Origin: an uncultured Thermoleophilia bacterium | GTDB taxonomy: Bacteria; Actinomycetota; Thermoleophilia; UBA2241 | NCBI GenBank assembly: GCA_963715985.1 | Contig: CAVQSP010000011.1 | Coordinates: 448,001-512,000 of the forward strand | DNA: 64,000 bases | Direction: 5' to 3' | Shown here: positions 52,657 to 61,454 of the stretch, one piece after another | Layout: each line of letters starts with the position of its first letter | Position numbering within the stretch: position 1 is the first letter of the stretch | The notes under the pieces: model-generated | What the model was told of the DNA's origin: nothing | The model's database searches: none | The model's input: the letters and a program-made list of their open reading frames with translations, nothing else | Made by a program: the position numbers and the translations under genes

Positions 52657-54047
52657 CGTCGGCCAGAGCGTGGCCGCGCAGCCGCAGGTTGATGCGCCCT
52701 CGCTCGTACTCGACCATGAAGTCCGTGGAGCTGCCGTCGCGGTAGGCGAGGTCCTTGTCGCGCAGCACGCGGGCGAGCGCCTCCACGTGGTCCTTCTCGA
52801 GCGTGCGCCCCGACATCATGCGCAACTCCTTGAGCGCCTCGAAAGAACTCCTCGCCGAGTGGTAGGGCCGGTCCGACGTCATGGCGTGATACGAGTCGGC
52901 CACGGCGAGGATCTTGCTCAACTCCGGAATGGAATCGCCCGAGATCCCGCTCGGGTAGCCGCTGCCGTCGAGTCGCTCGTGGTGATAGCGGACGATGTCG
53001 GCCACATCCTGATAGGCGACGAGGTGTGAGAGGACCTCGGCGCCCTTCTCGGGATGCTCGCGGATGCACGCCCAGTCCTGATCATCCAGCACGGTGGTCT
53101 TGCGCAGCACGGCGTCGGGCACTCCCACCTTGCCGAGATCGTGCAGCAGACCCGCCAGATGCAGGGCCTCCGATTCCTCCTCGGGCAGCTGCAGGGCGCC
53201 GGCGATGTCGCGACAGTACATGGCCACCGCCGCAGAGTGCTGCGCGGTGTACTCGTCCTTGCTGTCGAGCAGCACCACCATGGCCGCTGCCAGCCCGATG
53301 TTCATCTCGAGGTACTGGTCGCTGAGCTCCTTCTGCTTGGTCAGGTGCTGCTTCTCGCGGACCAGCAGCTTGAACATGTACTGGCTTGCGAAGAGAGGAA
53401 TGAAGAGGAGCGTGACCGCCACGATGCCCGCCTCCGCGTACAGCGCCGCGATGGCCAGCCCGAGCAGCAGGAGGACTCCGAGAGAGCGCAGGAATGGCGG
53501 CATTTCTTCGCGCCAGAAAGAGCCTAGATGCCGCCTGCGTATTTGACTCGCATCCCGAAGCTCACGAGCAAGAGATTGGCAGCCTCAAACGCGACTGCCG
53601 CCGCAGCGCCCGCGCACAGGAGGCCTACTGAGAGCTCGAAGGTGGAGACATCAAGCGCCGCGGTTACGCGGCCTCGAAGACCATCGTCGCGAGAAACACA
53701 GATAAGACCGTGTTTGCGGCATTGAAGGCGACAACGGCGCGCGAATCCTCCCGCCAGGCGCCCCAAAGGCCCATGATCAGGGCTATGGCGAGGGCCGGCA
53801 GCCGACCCGTGTACATGATGGCCAGCAGCAATGGGAGGTTCCCGGCCGCAAGCGTGACGCGATCCGAGACCTCCACCGACATCTCGTCGGCGATCACTGC
53901 CAGCACAGCGAAGACCACAGCATCGCGGAGTACCGTAGTGGACAGCGGAATGGGACCCGGCCAGTTAACGCAGAAGAGCGCGGCTAGCCCGGCACCGGCG
54001 GCCAGGCCCGCGGCGAACACGCGGAAGTTGCGCTCAGCTATGGACAC
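52613..54047 (-). CDS. Multi-TM membrane sensor fused to an HD-GYP cyclic-dinucleotide phosphodiesterase; two apparent frameshifts (~53667 and ~53538)
   Basis: LLHDLGK, HHERLDGSGYP and ILAVADSYHAMTSDRPY are intact. The hydrophobic N-terminus runs across ORFs 53664..54047, 53524..53766 and 52613..53503; RBS GAGGTG. Confidence 0.88.
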
Positions 54048-54077
54048 GACACCTCACCCGGGTGTGCAGTGCCGAGT

Positions 54078-54105
54078 GTATCGGCACGACCCGGGAAGAG
54101 CTTGA
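54078..54105 (-). promoter_or_regulatory. sigma28-like promoter upstream of the HD-GYP gene, overlapping a stem-loop
   Basis: TCAA-N16-GCCGATAC on the minus strand; stem CCCGGGT..GTGCCGA/TCGGCAC..ACCCGGG. Confidence 0.5.
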
Positions 54106-54108
54106 GCG

Positions 54109-54189
54109 CTAATGGATCTTGCTGCTGCCGCCAGAAGCGACGAGCGCCAGGAGCAGCGAGGCAAGCGTGCGTTCGATCTTCTTGCTCAT
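54109..54189 (-). CDS. 26-aa small peptide with signal-peptide-like architecture (not in the ORF track)
   Basis: MSKKIERTLASLLLALVASGGSSKIH*; RBS AAGGACGGAG 6 nt before the ATG; directly upstream of and co-oriented with the HD-GYP gene. Confidence 0.7.
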   Translation of the reverse strand: MSKKIERTLASLLLALVASGGSSKIH

Positions 54190-54283
54190 GATGGACTCCG
54201 TCCTTGCCTGGCGCGTCAGTGAAGCTTGGCGTAGGTCGAGTGAGATGGAGTTTGGCGTAGGAAGCGAGCATAAGAATCCCTCC

Positions 54284-54310
54284 TAAAGGTCCGGCAACAA
54301 CTGCCGATAA
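54284..54310 (+). promoter_or_regulatory. Consensus sigma28 (FliA/SigD/WhiG) promoter
   Basis: Exact TAAA-N15-GCCGATAA (TAAAGGTCCGGCAACAACTGCCGATAA). Confidence 0.7.
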
Positions 54311-54510
54311 CAAATGGTTGACGACTCCGTGGCCGCACTCTGGCAGGCTCGTCGCTCCCCGCGCATGCATCCGCGTATGGACATTCCTGGCAAATCGGCG
54401 GTTGACGATTGCCAGAATGGACAACACTTTGTAGGCTCGCGGCGCGCCGTCGCGGCGAAGCTACACCGCACGCGCTCGGGCGCGCCGCCGACGCGCGGGT
54501 CCACGCCCGC

Positions 54511-55788
54511 GTGATGCGGCGGCCAGTGTCACGCCGAGCGACGACGAAGGGGGTCGTAATAGAGGCACACGGCATCACCGCAGCCGAGGCGCCGTCGGTC
54601 TCACTGGCCCGCAACGGCAACTTCCTGTTGCTGTGGACGGGCCAGTTCATCTCCCAGCTGGGCGACCGCCTGGCCATGGTCGCCCTGCCGTGGCTGGTCT
54701 ACACGAGCACCGGGTCCGCGCTGAGCACGGGGCTCGTCTTCGCTCTCTACACGCTCCCGTACGTGCTCTTCGGCGCCTTCGCCGGCGTGCTCATCGACCG
54801 CTTCGACAAGCGCCTTGTGATGATCGCCTCGGACGTCGCTCGCACGGGGCTGGTGATACTCGTGCCGCTGGCCGCCACGTGGTCTCTCCCCGCGGTGTAC
54901 GTGCTCAGCTTCCTCATCGCCAGCGCCGCGGTCTTCTTCGACCCGTGCAAGCTCGCCATCCTCCCCGACCTGGTGAGCCGCGACCGCCTGCTGCGCGCCA
55001 ACTCCCTGCTGGCCACGGGGGAGAACCTCACGGAGATCGTGGGCTACACCCTCGCCGGCTTCACGCTCGCCACCATCTCCACCACCAGCGCGTTCCGCAT
55101 CGACGCCGCGACGTTCGCCGTGTCCGCGGTGTCTCTGGCCCTCATCCGCTACCGCGCGCCGGCGCGCGAGGCGGCGCAGAAGATGGCGGGCTCGTTCCGG
55201 CGCGAGCTCCGCGAGGGACTCGACTTCCTCGTGCACCACCGCGGGCTTCGCACGAACACGATCATGGTCATCGGCTGCGTAGCGGGTCTTGGCGCCGCGT
55301 ACCCACTCACGTTCCTCTTCGCGGTGAACGTGCTGGACGCCGGCACAGGAGCCTTCGGCGTCTTCGAAGCCGTCATCGGTCTCGGGTACCTGATCGGCTC
55401 GCTGGCCCTGGCGACGCTGGCCACCCGTATCCCCAAAGGCCGCGCGATGACGATCGGGCTGGTCGTCATGGGCGCGAGCCTGGCCCTGGTGGCCGCGGCG
55501 GGCGGCGTGGTCGTGGCCTGCATCCCCTTCGCCGTCCTCGGCCTGGCCAACGCCGCGGCGCTCATCGCCATCGACACGTACCTGCAGGACGTCGTGCCCG
55601 AGCAGCTGCGTGGCCGCGTGTTCGGCACGCGCTTCACGCTGACCCAGGGCGTGTACGCACTGTCGGTCCTGCTCGGAGGCGCACTCGCGACCGTGGTGGA
55701 CGTGCGCATCCTCTTCATCGTCTGCGGCCTCCTGATCGCCCTGCCCGCGCTCGCGGGCCTGTTCGTGCGCGACATCCGGGAAGCCTGA
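54511..55788 (+). CDS. MFS transporter (DHA3/macrolide-efflux-like); start uncertain
   Basis: NFLLLWTGQFISQLGD; AGVLIDRFDKRLVMIASD motif A; ~12 TM; VPEQLRGRVFG. Confidence 0.9.
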   Translation: MMRRPVSRRATTKGVVIEAHGITAAEAPSVSLARNGNFLLLWTGQFISQLGDRLAMVALPWLVYTSTGSALSTGLVFALYTLPYVLFGAFAGVLIDRFDKRLVMIASDVARTGLVILVPLAATWSLPAVYVLSFLIASAAVFFDPCKLAILPDLVSRDRLLRANSLLATGENLTEIVGYTLAGFTLATISTTSAFRIDAATFAVSAVSLALIRYRAPAREAAQKMAGSFRRELREGLDFLVHHRGLRTNTIMVIGCVAGLGAAYPLTFLFAVNVLDAGTGAFGVFEAVIGLGYLIGSLALATLATRIPKGRAMTIGLVVMGASLALVAAAGGVVVACIPFAVLGLANAAALIAIDTYLQDVVPEQLRGRVFGTRFTLTQGVYALSVLLGGALATVVDVRILFIVCGLLIALPALAGLFVRDIREA

Positions 55789-55903
55789 CCGCCTGCCGGG
55801 TCGGACGGCAGGAGCGGCTGCGCGCGACGGGCGGCGGGTGATAGCCTAGCCTCCGGATTCGCGCCATTCCTGATGGGGCAGGGGCGCCGTTCAGGGCACG
55901 AAG

Positions 55904-57238
55904 GTGACCATGAGCTCACCGCAGCATCCACAGACACGATCGCTTCCGGGCACGCCGCGTACGGCGTGGCTGCAGCTCGGCGTGGTGTGCGCAGCCGAGT
56001 TCGTCGTGTGGACCGGCTTCGGCGCCATCATGCCGTACCTGCCCATCTTCCTGCGCGAACAGGCGCACAGCTCGATGTTCATGATCGGCGTGATCGCGGC
56101 CGCCTTCTACCTCGGCACGCTGCTGTTCTCGTCACCGTTCGGGTGGCTCAGCGACACCATCGGGCGCAAGCCGGTCATGCTCGGTGGCGTTGTGCTGTAC
56201 GCCGTGGCCATGTTCCTGTTCACACGCACGGCGGACCCCTGGTGGTTCGTGCTCTTCCGCTTCATGGAGGGGGTCGGCACTGCCGCGGTGGCGCCGGCCG
56301 CCATGGCCTTCGTCGCCGACATCAGCACCGAGCAGACCCGCAGCAAGGCCTACGGCATCCTGACCTCGGCGCAGTTCGGCGGGCTCATCGTCGGGCCGGC
56401 TCTGGCGCCGCCGATCTACCACCTCTTCGGCGGCGGCCGCTCCGGCTTCTACGCGATCTTCTACTTCGGCGCCATCCTCACCGCCGTGACGGCGGTGCTG
56501 GTGCTGGCGCTCGTCCGCGAGCCGGCGACCACCCACAAGCGGCAGGCGGCGCGGCGCGGCAGGAAGGCGGAGAGGCCGCCGTACCGCGCCATCCTGAGCC
56601 CGGCCATCATCGCCTTCCTCGTGGTCGGCTTCACCACGCACTTCGCCATGGGCGGCTTCGAGGTGGTGTGGAGCATCTGGCTCAAGGAGCTGGGTGCGTC
56701 CATGACGTACATCGCCCTGACCTGGATCGCCTTCAGCGTGCCCATGCTGCTCGCGTTCGTCGGCGGCATCGTGGCCGACAGGTACAGCCGCTTCACGCTC
56801 ATGTTCGCCGGCTACACCGTCTCGGCAGTGGCCTGGATCCTGTACGGGACGACGACGAACCTGGTGGTCTTCCTCGTCGTCAACGTGATCGAAGGGCTGG
56901 CGATAGCGTTCTCGTATCCGCCCAAGCAGGCGTTCCTCATCCAGGTGAGCCCGCCCAAGTGGCTGGGCACGGTGACCGGGCTGGAGGCCACGTCGATGCA
57001 GCTTGCCGGGATGATCGGCACGTTTCTGGCGCCGGTCCTGTACGGGTGGATCTCCGGCTACGTGCTCGCCGTGGGCGGCGTGATCAACCTGGTGGGCCTG
57101 GGCATCGCCGCACCCATCCTGCACCGCGAGTGGCGTCGGATCTCGTCGACGGGCCCCGTGCCCAGCACGAGAGCGCTTGAGTCGCGCGAGGGCGCGCTCC
57201 CCGTGGTGAGCGCCGAACCACCCAGTGGCAGAGAGTGA
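55904..57238 (+). CDS. MFS transporter (DHA1/TetA-like)
   Basis: GWLSDTIGRKPV motif A; FRFMEGVG; GLIVGPALA motif C. Confidence 0.9.
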   Translation: MTMSSPQHPQTRSLPGTPRTAWLQLGVVCAAEFVVWTGFGAIMPYLPIFLREQAHSSMFMIGVIAAAFYLGTLLFSSPFGWLSDTIGRKPVMLGGVVLYAVAMFLFTRTADPWWFVLFRFMEGVGTAAVAPAAMAFVADISTEQTRSKAYGILTSAQFGGLIVGPALAPPIYHLFGGGRSGFYAIFYFGAILTAVTAVLVLALVREPATTHKRQAARRGRKAERPPYRAILSPAIIAFLVVGFTTHFAMGGFEVVWSIWLKELGASMTYIALTWIAFSVPMLLAFVGGIVADRYSRFTLMFAGYTVSAVAWILYGTTTNLVVFLVVNVIEGLAIAFSYPPKQAFLIQVSPPKWLGTVTGLEATSMQLAGMIGTFLAPVLYGWISGYVLAVGGVINLVGLGIAAPILHREWRRISSTGPVPSTRALESREGALPVVSAEPPSGRE

Positions 57239-57286
57239 GATCCGAGGCGGGCGGGTCGCCTGCCGGCGCCCCGGAGCCGGAACTGG

Positions 57287-58369
57287 TCAGTAGCGCCGGA
57301 CTTCCCGGTACAGCGTGTCGCGCTGCACCGGCGTGCGCCCGGCGGCGCGGATGAGCCGCACCATCTCGGGCACGTCACACTGGTTGCGCACCCCGGCCGC
57401 CGCCACCACGTTCTCCTCGATCATCGTGGAGCCCATGTCGTTGGCGCCGAAGGCGAGCGCGACCTGGCCCATGCGCAGACCCTGCGTGACCCAGGAGGCC
57501 TGGATGCTGGGCACGTTGTCGAGGTAGATGCGGCTCACGGCGAGCATGCGCAGGTAGTCGAAGCCGGTGGCGGAGACGTGGCCGGCCTGCAGCTCCGTGT
57601 TGCCGGCCTGGAAGGTCCACGGGATGAACGCTGTGAACCCGCCCGTCTCGTCCTGCAGATCGCGGATGCGACGCAGGTGCTCGACGCGGTCGGCGAGCGT
57701 GTCGGTCGAGCCGAACATCATCGTGGCCGTGGTCTTCATGCCCAGGCGATGCGCCACGCGCATGACGTCGAGCCACGTGTCGGTGGGGATCTTGTGCGGG
57801 CTGATCTCGAGGCGCACGCGGTCGACGAGCACCTCGGCGCCGCCGCCCGGCAGCGAGTCGAGTCCGGCGGCGCGCAGGCGCGTGAGCGTCTCCTCCACCC
57901 CGATCACGCTCACCTTCGCGATGTGCACGATCTCCGGCGGCGAGAGCGAGTGGATGTGGATCGGGTACTTCGCCTTGATGCCGCTGAAGACGCGCTCGAA
58001 CCAGCCGATGTCGAGGTCCGGGTGCAGACCGCCCTGCATCATGATGGCCGTGCCGCCGAGGGCGAGGGTCTCCTCCACCTTGCGGTGGATCTCCTCCTCG
58101 GCGAGCAGGTAGCCCTCCCCGCTCCCCGGCTTCTTGTAGAAGGCGCAGAAGCGGCAGCCGGAGATGCAGTAGTCGGTGTAGTTGATGTTGCGGTCGACGA
58201 TGAAGGTGACGTCGTCGCCGGGGTGGAGGCGGCGACGGACGGCGTCGGCGCGCGCGCCGACGCCCAGAAGGTCGCCGCCCTCAAGCAACGCGAGCGCCTC
58301 AGCGTCGTCGATGCGGCGCGCGGCGTCGCTCTCCGGGCCGGCCGGACCCGCCGGGGGCCGGCCACTCAC
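57287..58369 (-). CDS. mqnC: Cyclic dehypoxanthine futalosine synthase (radical SAM)
   Basis: FIVDRNINYTDYCISGCRFCAF; MQGGLHP; SLPGGGAEVL; IQASWVTQG; GANDMGSTMIEENVV. GTG at 58369 overlaps the upstream stop. Confidence 0.93.
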   Translation of the reverse strand: MSGRPPAGPAGPESDAARRIDDAEALALLEGGDLLGVGARADAVRRRLHPGDDVTFIVDRNINYTDYCISGCRFCAFYKKPGSGEGYLLAEEEIHRKVEETLALGGTAIMMQGGLHPDLDIGWFERVFSGIKAKYPIHIHSLSPPEIVHIAKVSVIGVEETLTRLRAAGLDSLPGGGAEVLVDRVRLEISPHKIPTDTWLDVMRVAHRLGMKTTATMMFGSTDTLADRVEHLRRIRDLQDETGGFTAFIPWTFQAGNTELQAGHVSATGFDYLRMLAVSRIYLDNVPSIQASWVTQGLRMGQVALAFGANDMGSTMIEENVVAAAGVRNQCDVPEMVRLIRAAGRTPVQRDTLYREVRRY

Positions 58370-58863
58370 CGCGCGTCTCCTGCGTCCAGACGCCAGACCA
58401 TCTCGATGTAGTCCACGCCGCGACTGCCGGTATCGCGGAACAGAGGGGTGCCGTCGACCACGTCGTCTCCGGGCAGCAGTTCGAACCCGACCGTCTTGTG
58501 GAAGGCGATGGAATCGACGTTCCACGTGCCCACCTCGGCGAACACCTCGGTGCGGCCGCGGGCGCGCGTCATCGCGGCGAAGCGCCGGTACAGCTCGCGC
58601 CCGAGGCCGTGCCCGCGCAGGTCCGGGCGCACGCCCATGTAGTGCACGTATCCGCACGCCGGCCTGCGCTGGGACATGAAGCCCACGAGAAAGGCGATCA
58701 TCTCGCCGCCGTCCTCGACGATCAGACACGTGTCGCCCATGTGCTGGAAGAGCTGCGGACAGACGCCGTGGACCATGTGCGCGTGCGACCACCAGCCCTC
58801 GATGGCGGCGACCACCACCGGCGCGTCCTCCGGCTCGGCGGTGCGCCAGACGACGTCACTCAT
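58366..58863 (-). CDS. GNAT acetyltransferase (YqjY-like), copy 2
   Basis: IAFLVGF..YVHYMGVRPDLRGHGLGRELY..NVDSIAFHKTVGF; ATG at 58863. Confidence 0.85.
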   Translation of the reverse strand: MSDVVWRTAEPEDAPVVVAAIEGWWSHAHMVHGVCPQLFQHMGDTCLIVEDGGEMIAFLVGFMSQRRPACGYVHYMGVRPDLRGHGLGRELYRRFAAMTRARGRTEVFAEVGTWNVDSIAFHKTVGFELLPGDDVVDGTPLFRDTGSRGVDYIEMVWRLDAGDAR

Positions 58864-59374
58864 CGCCACTGCCCCCCTCCCCGTCGAGGGCCAGCTCGAA
58901 GTGCACAAGGTAGTCACCATAGGGCCCGGGCTCCCGCGATACCGGGACGCCGTCGACCTGGGCGTCGCCCGGCAGAACGTTGAAGCCGAGGCCTGTGTGA
59001 AAGGCGATCGAGAGAGTGTTGACCGGCGCCGTGACCGCGCGCACCGCCGTGCACCCCTGCGAGCGGGCGCGAGCGCAGAAGCGGCGGTAGAGGTCGCGCC
59101 CGAGCCCGGCCCTGCGCCAGGCCGGGTGCACCCCGCAGAAGTGCACGTAGGCCTCACCGGGGTGGTCGGGACAGGCGAAGCCCACAAGAAACCCGATCAG
59201 CTCGTCCTCGAACTCGGCGACCAGCGAGGTCGAGCGGAAGTGCTCGAAGAACACCCGAGGGAGCATGGCCCTCAGGTCGCGGCCCGCCCACCACTCGACC
59301 ATGACCGCCATGACGCGCTCGTGGTCGGCGGGGATGGGGCGGCGAAACGTGAGTGTGGTGCACGACACAGGCAC
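58856..59374 (-). CDS. GNAT acetyltransferase (YqjY-like), copy 1
   Basis: EWWAGRDLRAMLPRVFFEHF; YVHFCGVHPAWRRAGLGRDLY; VNTLSIAFHTGLGF. Confidence 0.88.
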   Translation of the reverse strand: MPVSCTTLTFRRPIPADHERVMAVMVEWWAGRDLRAMLPRVFFEHFRSTSLVAEFEDELIGFLVGFACPDHPGEAYVHFCGVHPAWRRAGLGRDLYRRFCARARSQGCTAVRAVTAPVNTLSIAFHTGLGFNVLPGDAQVDGVPVSREPGPYGDYLVHFELALDGEGGSGDE

Positions 59375-59379
59375 GACTC

Positions 59380-60324
59380 TCAGTCTGACGTCGAGGCTGA
59401 GACTACGGAGTCTGACGGCCTCGAGAAGGTGGCGCCGGTGAGGTCCGGGGCGACGACGAGCTCCCCGGCCGCCACGGCGCGCCGGTAGAACTCCTCGAGC
59501 CCGGCGCGGTACTCAGGAGTGAACTCGAACTTGAGCTTGTCGAAGTAGTCGAGCAGATAGCGCTGGCTGAAGTCGTAGCGCTGCGCCGCGGCGGCGGCCG
59601 TCTCGTGCGGATGCGCGGCGCACTCGTCGCGGGAGGCCAGCAGGGCGGCGCCGACAGCGGCGGCGGCGGCGGGCCGGGCCGCCGTGAACTCGCGGCGCAC
59701 CGCGCAGACCGCGAACACCATGGGCAGTCCGGTGACCGTGTGCCACTCCTCACCGAGGTCGTAGTGGTATGGGTACACCTCGGCGCGCAGCACGTGGAGT
59801 GCCTCGTCGCCGATGAGCAGGAGGCCGTCGAAGTCGGCGAGCACCTCTGCGAGGGAGCCGCGACGGGGCGCGAAGTAGGGGTCCAGTCCCCACTCCCGGC
59901 AGAGGACCTTGAGGAGCGCGATGGAGGTAGCGCTCTTCTCAGTGAGGGCGATGCGCCGCACCTGCGGCAGCGGGACGCGTGTGAACAGCTGGACCGAGTC
60001 CACAGCCCCGAAGGCGCTGATGGAGACGTGAGGAAGAAGCGCCAGCTCACTCGCGTTGCGTGCGAAGGCGATCGAGGACGGGAGGGCGACGTCGATGAGG
60101 CCGTCCACCAGCATCTCGTTGAGCTGCGCCGGATAGCCTTCCACGATGGTCGCAGCCACGCCGCGGCCGGCCAGCTCCGCCGCGAAGTGGTGGTAGAGGG
60201 GGAAGCAGTTGACGAACTCGATGCGCCCGACCCGCACCGGGTTGTCCCCGGCGGCGGGGTGCGGCCGCGGGCCGGCGGCGGCACCGGCCATCGGCGACCC
60301 CTCAGGCGCCGGCGAGGTCGCCAT
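59380..60324 (-). CDS. mqnA: Chorismate dehydratase (futalosine pathway)
   Basis: RVGRIEFVNCFPL; GAVDSVQL; SATSIALL; LLIGDEAL; DLGEEW...GLPMVFA. Confidence 0.92.
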   Translation of the reverse strand: MATSPAPEGSPMAGAAAGPRPHPAAGDNPVRVGRIEFVNCFPLYHHFAAELAGRGVAATIVEGYPAQLNEMLVDGLIDVALPSSIAFARNASELALLPHVSISAFGAVDSVQLFTRVPLPQVRRIALTEKSATSIALLKVLCREWGLDPYFAPRRGSLAEVLADFDGLLLIGDEALHVLRAEVYPYHYDLGEEWHTVTGLPMVFAVCAVRREFTAARPAAAAAVGAALLASRDECAAHPHETAAAAAQRYDFSQRYLLDYFDKLKFEFTPEYRAGLEEFYRRAVAAGELVVAPDLTGATFSRPSDSVVSASTSD

Positions 60325-61435
60325 CGTACCGGCGCACGACGTTGTAGAGCGTGTCCCGCTCCACGGGGACGCGGCCGGCGGCGCGGATGACGCGGATGAG
60401 CTCAGCTTTGCTGAGCTCCTGGCCCGTGTCGACGCCGGCCGCGTGGCTGATCTTCTCCTCCACCACGGTGCCGTCGAGGTCGTTGACCCCGAAGACCAGC
60501 GAGACCTGGGCCAGCTTGACGCCGACGTTGATCCAGAAGGCCTTGATGTGGCGGAAGTTGTCCAGCACCAGGCGGCCGACGGCGAGCATACGCAGGTCGT
60601 CGAAGCCGGTGGGGCCGGGCAGGTCGTCCAGACCGGTGTTGGCCGGCTGGAACGAAAGCGGGATGAAGGCGTTGAAGCCGCCGGTGTCGTCCTGGAGCTC
60701 GCGCAGACGCACCATGTGATCCGCGAGCTCGTCCGGCCGTTCCACGTGCCCGTAGAGCATGGTGGCGTTGGACTTGAGACCGGCCTCGTGCGCGGCGCGC
60801 ATCACGTCCAGCCACTCCTGCCCGGAGATCTTGCGCTCACAGATGAGGTCGCGCACGCGGCCGCTGAACACCTCGGCGCCGCCGCCCGGCAGCGATCCCA
60901 GCCCGGCCGCTTTGAGCTCGGCCAGCACGTCGGGCACCGGCTTGCCGCTGATCTTCGCGAAGTGGGCGATCTCGCTGGCCGTGAAGGCCTGGATGTGGAC
61001 GTCCGGCGCGAGCTCCCTGAGGGCCCGCATCATGTCCAGGTAGTAGGTGAACGGGAGGTCGGGGTGCTCGCCGCCCACGATGTGGATCTCGCTGATACTG
61101 CCCTCGGCGAGGGTCTCACGCGCCTTGTCGACGACCTCGTCGACCGTGAGCGTGAAGGCGTCGGCGTCGCCCTCGTCGTGGCTGAAGGCGCAGAACAGAC
61201 AGCGGTTGCGGCACACGTTGGTGTGGTTGATGTGGCGGTTGCGGATGAAGAACACGTCGTCGCCCACGGCGCGTGCACGGGCGAAGTCGGCCATCGCGCC
61301 GAGCGCGAGGATGTCGTCGCTCTCCAGCAGGGCGCGCGCCTGGGCGGCGTTCAGCCGCTCGCCCGCCTCGACGGCGCTCCAGACGTCACCGAAGCCGGCG
61401 CGCGCGCTCAGGGACGCGATCTCATAGGGTTCCAC
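60302..61435 (-). CDS. mqnE: Aminofutalosine synthase (radical SAM)
   Basis: NRHINHTNVCRNRCLFCAF; EIHIVGG; SNATMLYGHVE; HIKAFWI; DLDGTVVEEKI. Confidence 0.93.
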   Translation of the reverse strand: MEPYEIASLSARAGFGDVWSAVEAGERLNAAQARALLESDDILALGAMADFARARAVGDDVFFIRNRHINHTNVCRNRCLFCAFSHDEGDADAFTLTVDEVVDKARETLAEGSISEIHIVGGEHPDLPFTYYLDMMRALRELAPDVHIQAFTASEIAHFAKISGKPVPDVLAELKAAGLGSLPGGGAEVFSGRVRDLICERKISGQEWLDVMRAAHEAGLKSNATMLYGHVERPDELADHMVRLRELQDDTGGFNAFIPLSFQPANTGLDDLPGPTGFDDLRMLAVGRLVLDNFRHIKAFWINVGVKLAQVSLVFGVNDLDGTVVEEKISHAAGVDTGQELSKAELIRVIRAAGRVPVERDTLYNVVRRYDGDLAGA

Positions 61436-61454
61436 GGGGCAGACTCCAGACGTA

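Noticed and set aside
53503-53666. Pyrrolysine or stop-codon read-through in the HD-GYP N-terminus (TAG at 53524, TAA at 53664)
   Set aside because: The downstream coding segments are in different frames, so these are frameshifts and not read-through.
54316-54410. Two GGTTGACGA copies as extra BirA sites
   Set aside because: Only half-sites in direct orientation ~84 bp apart, with no palindromic partner at BirA spacing.
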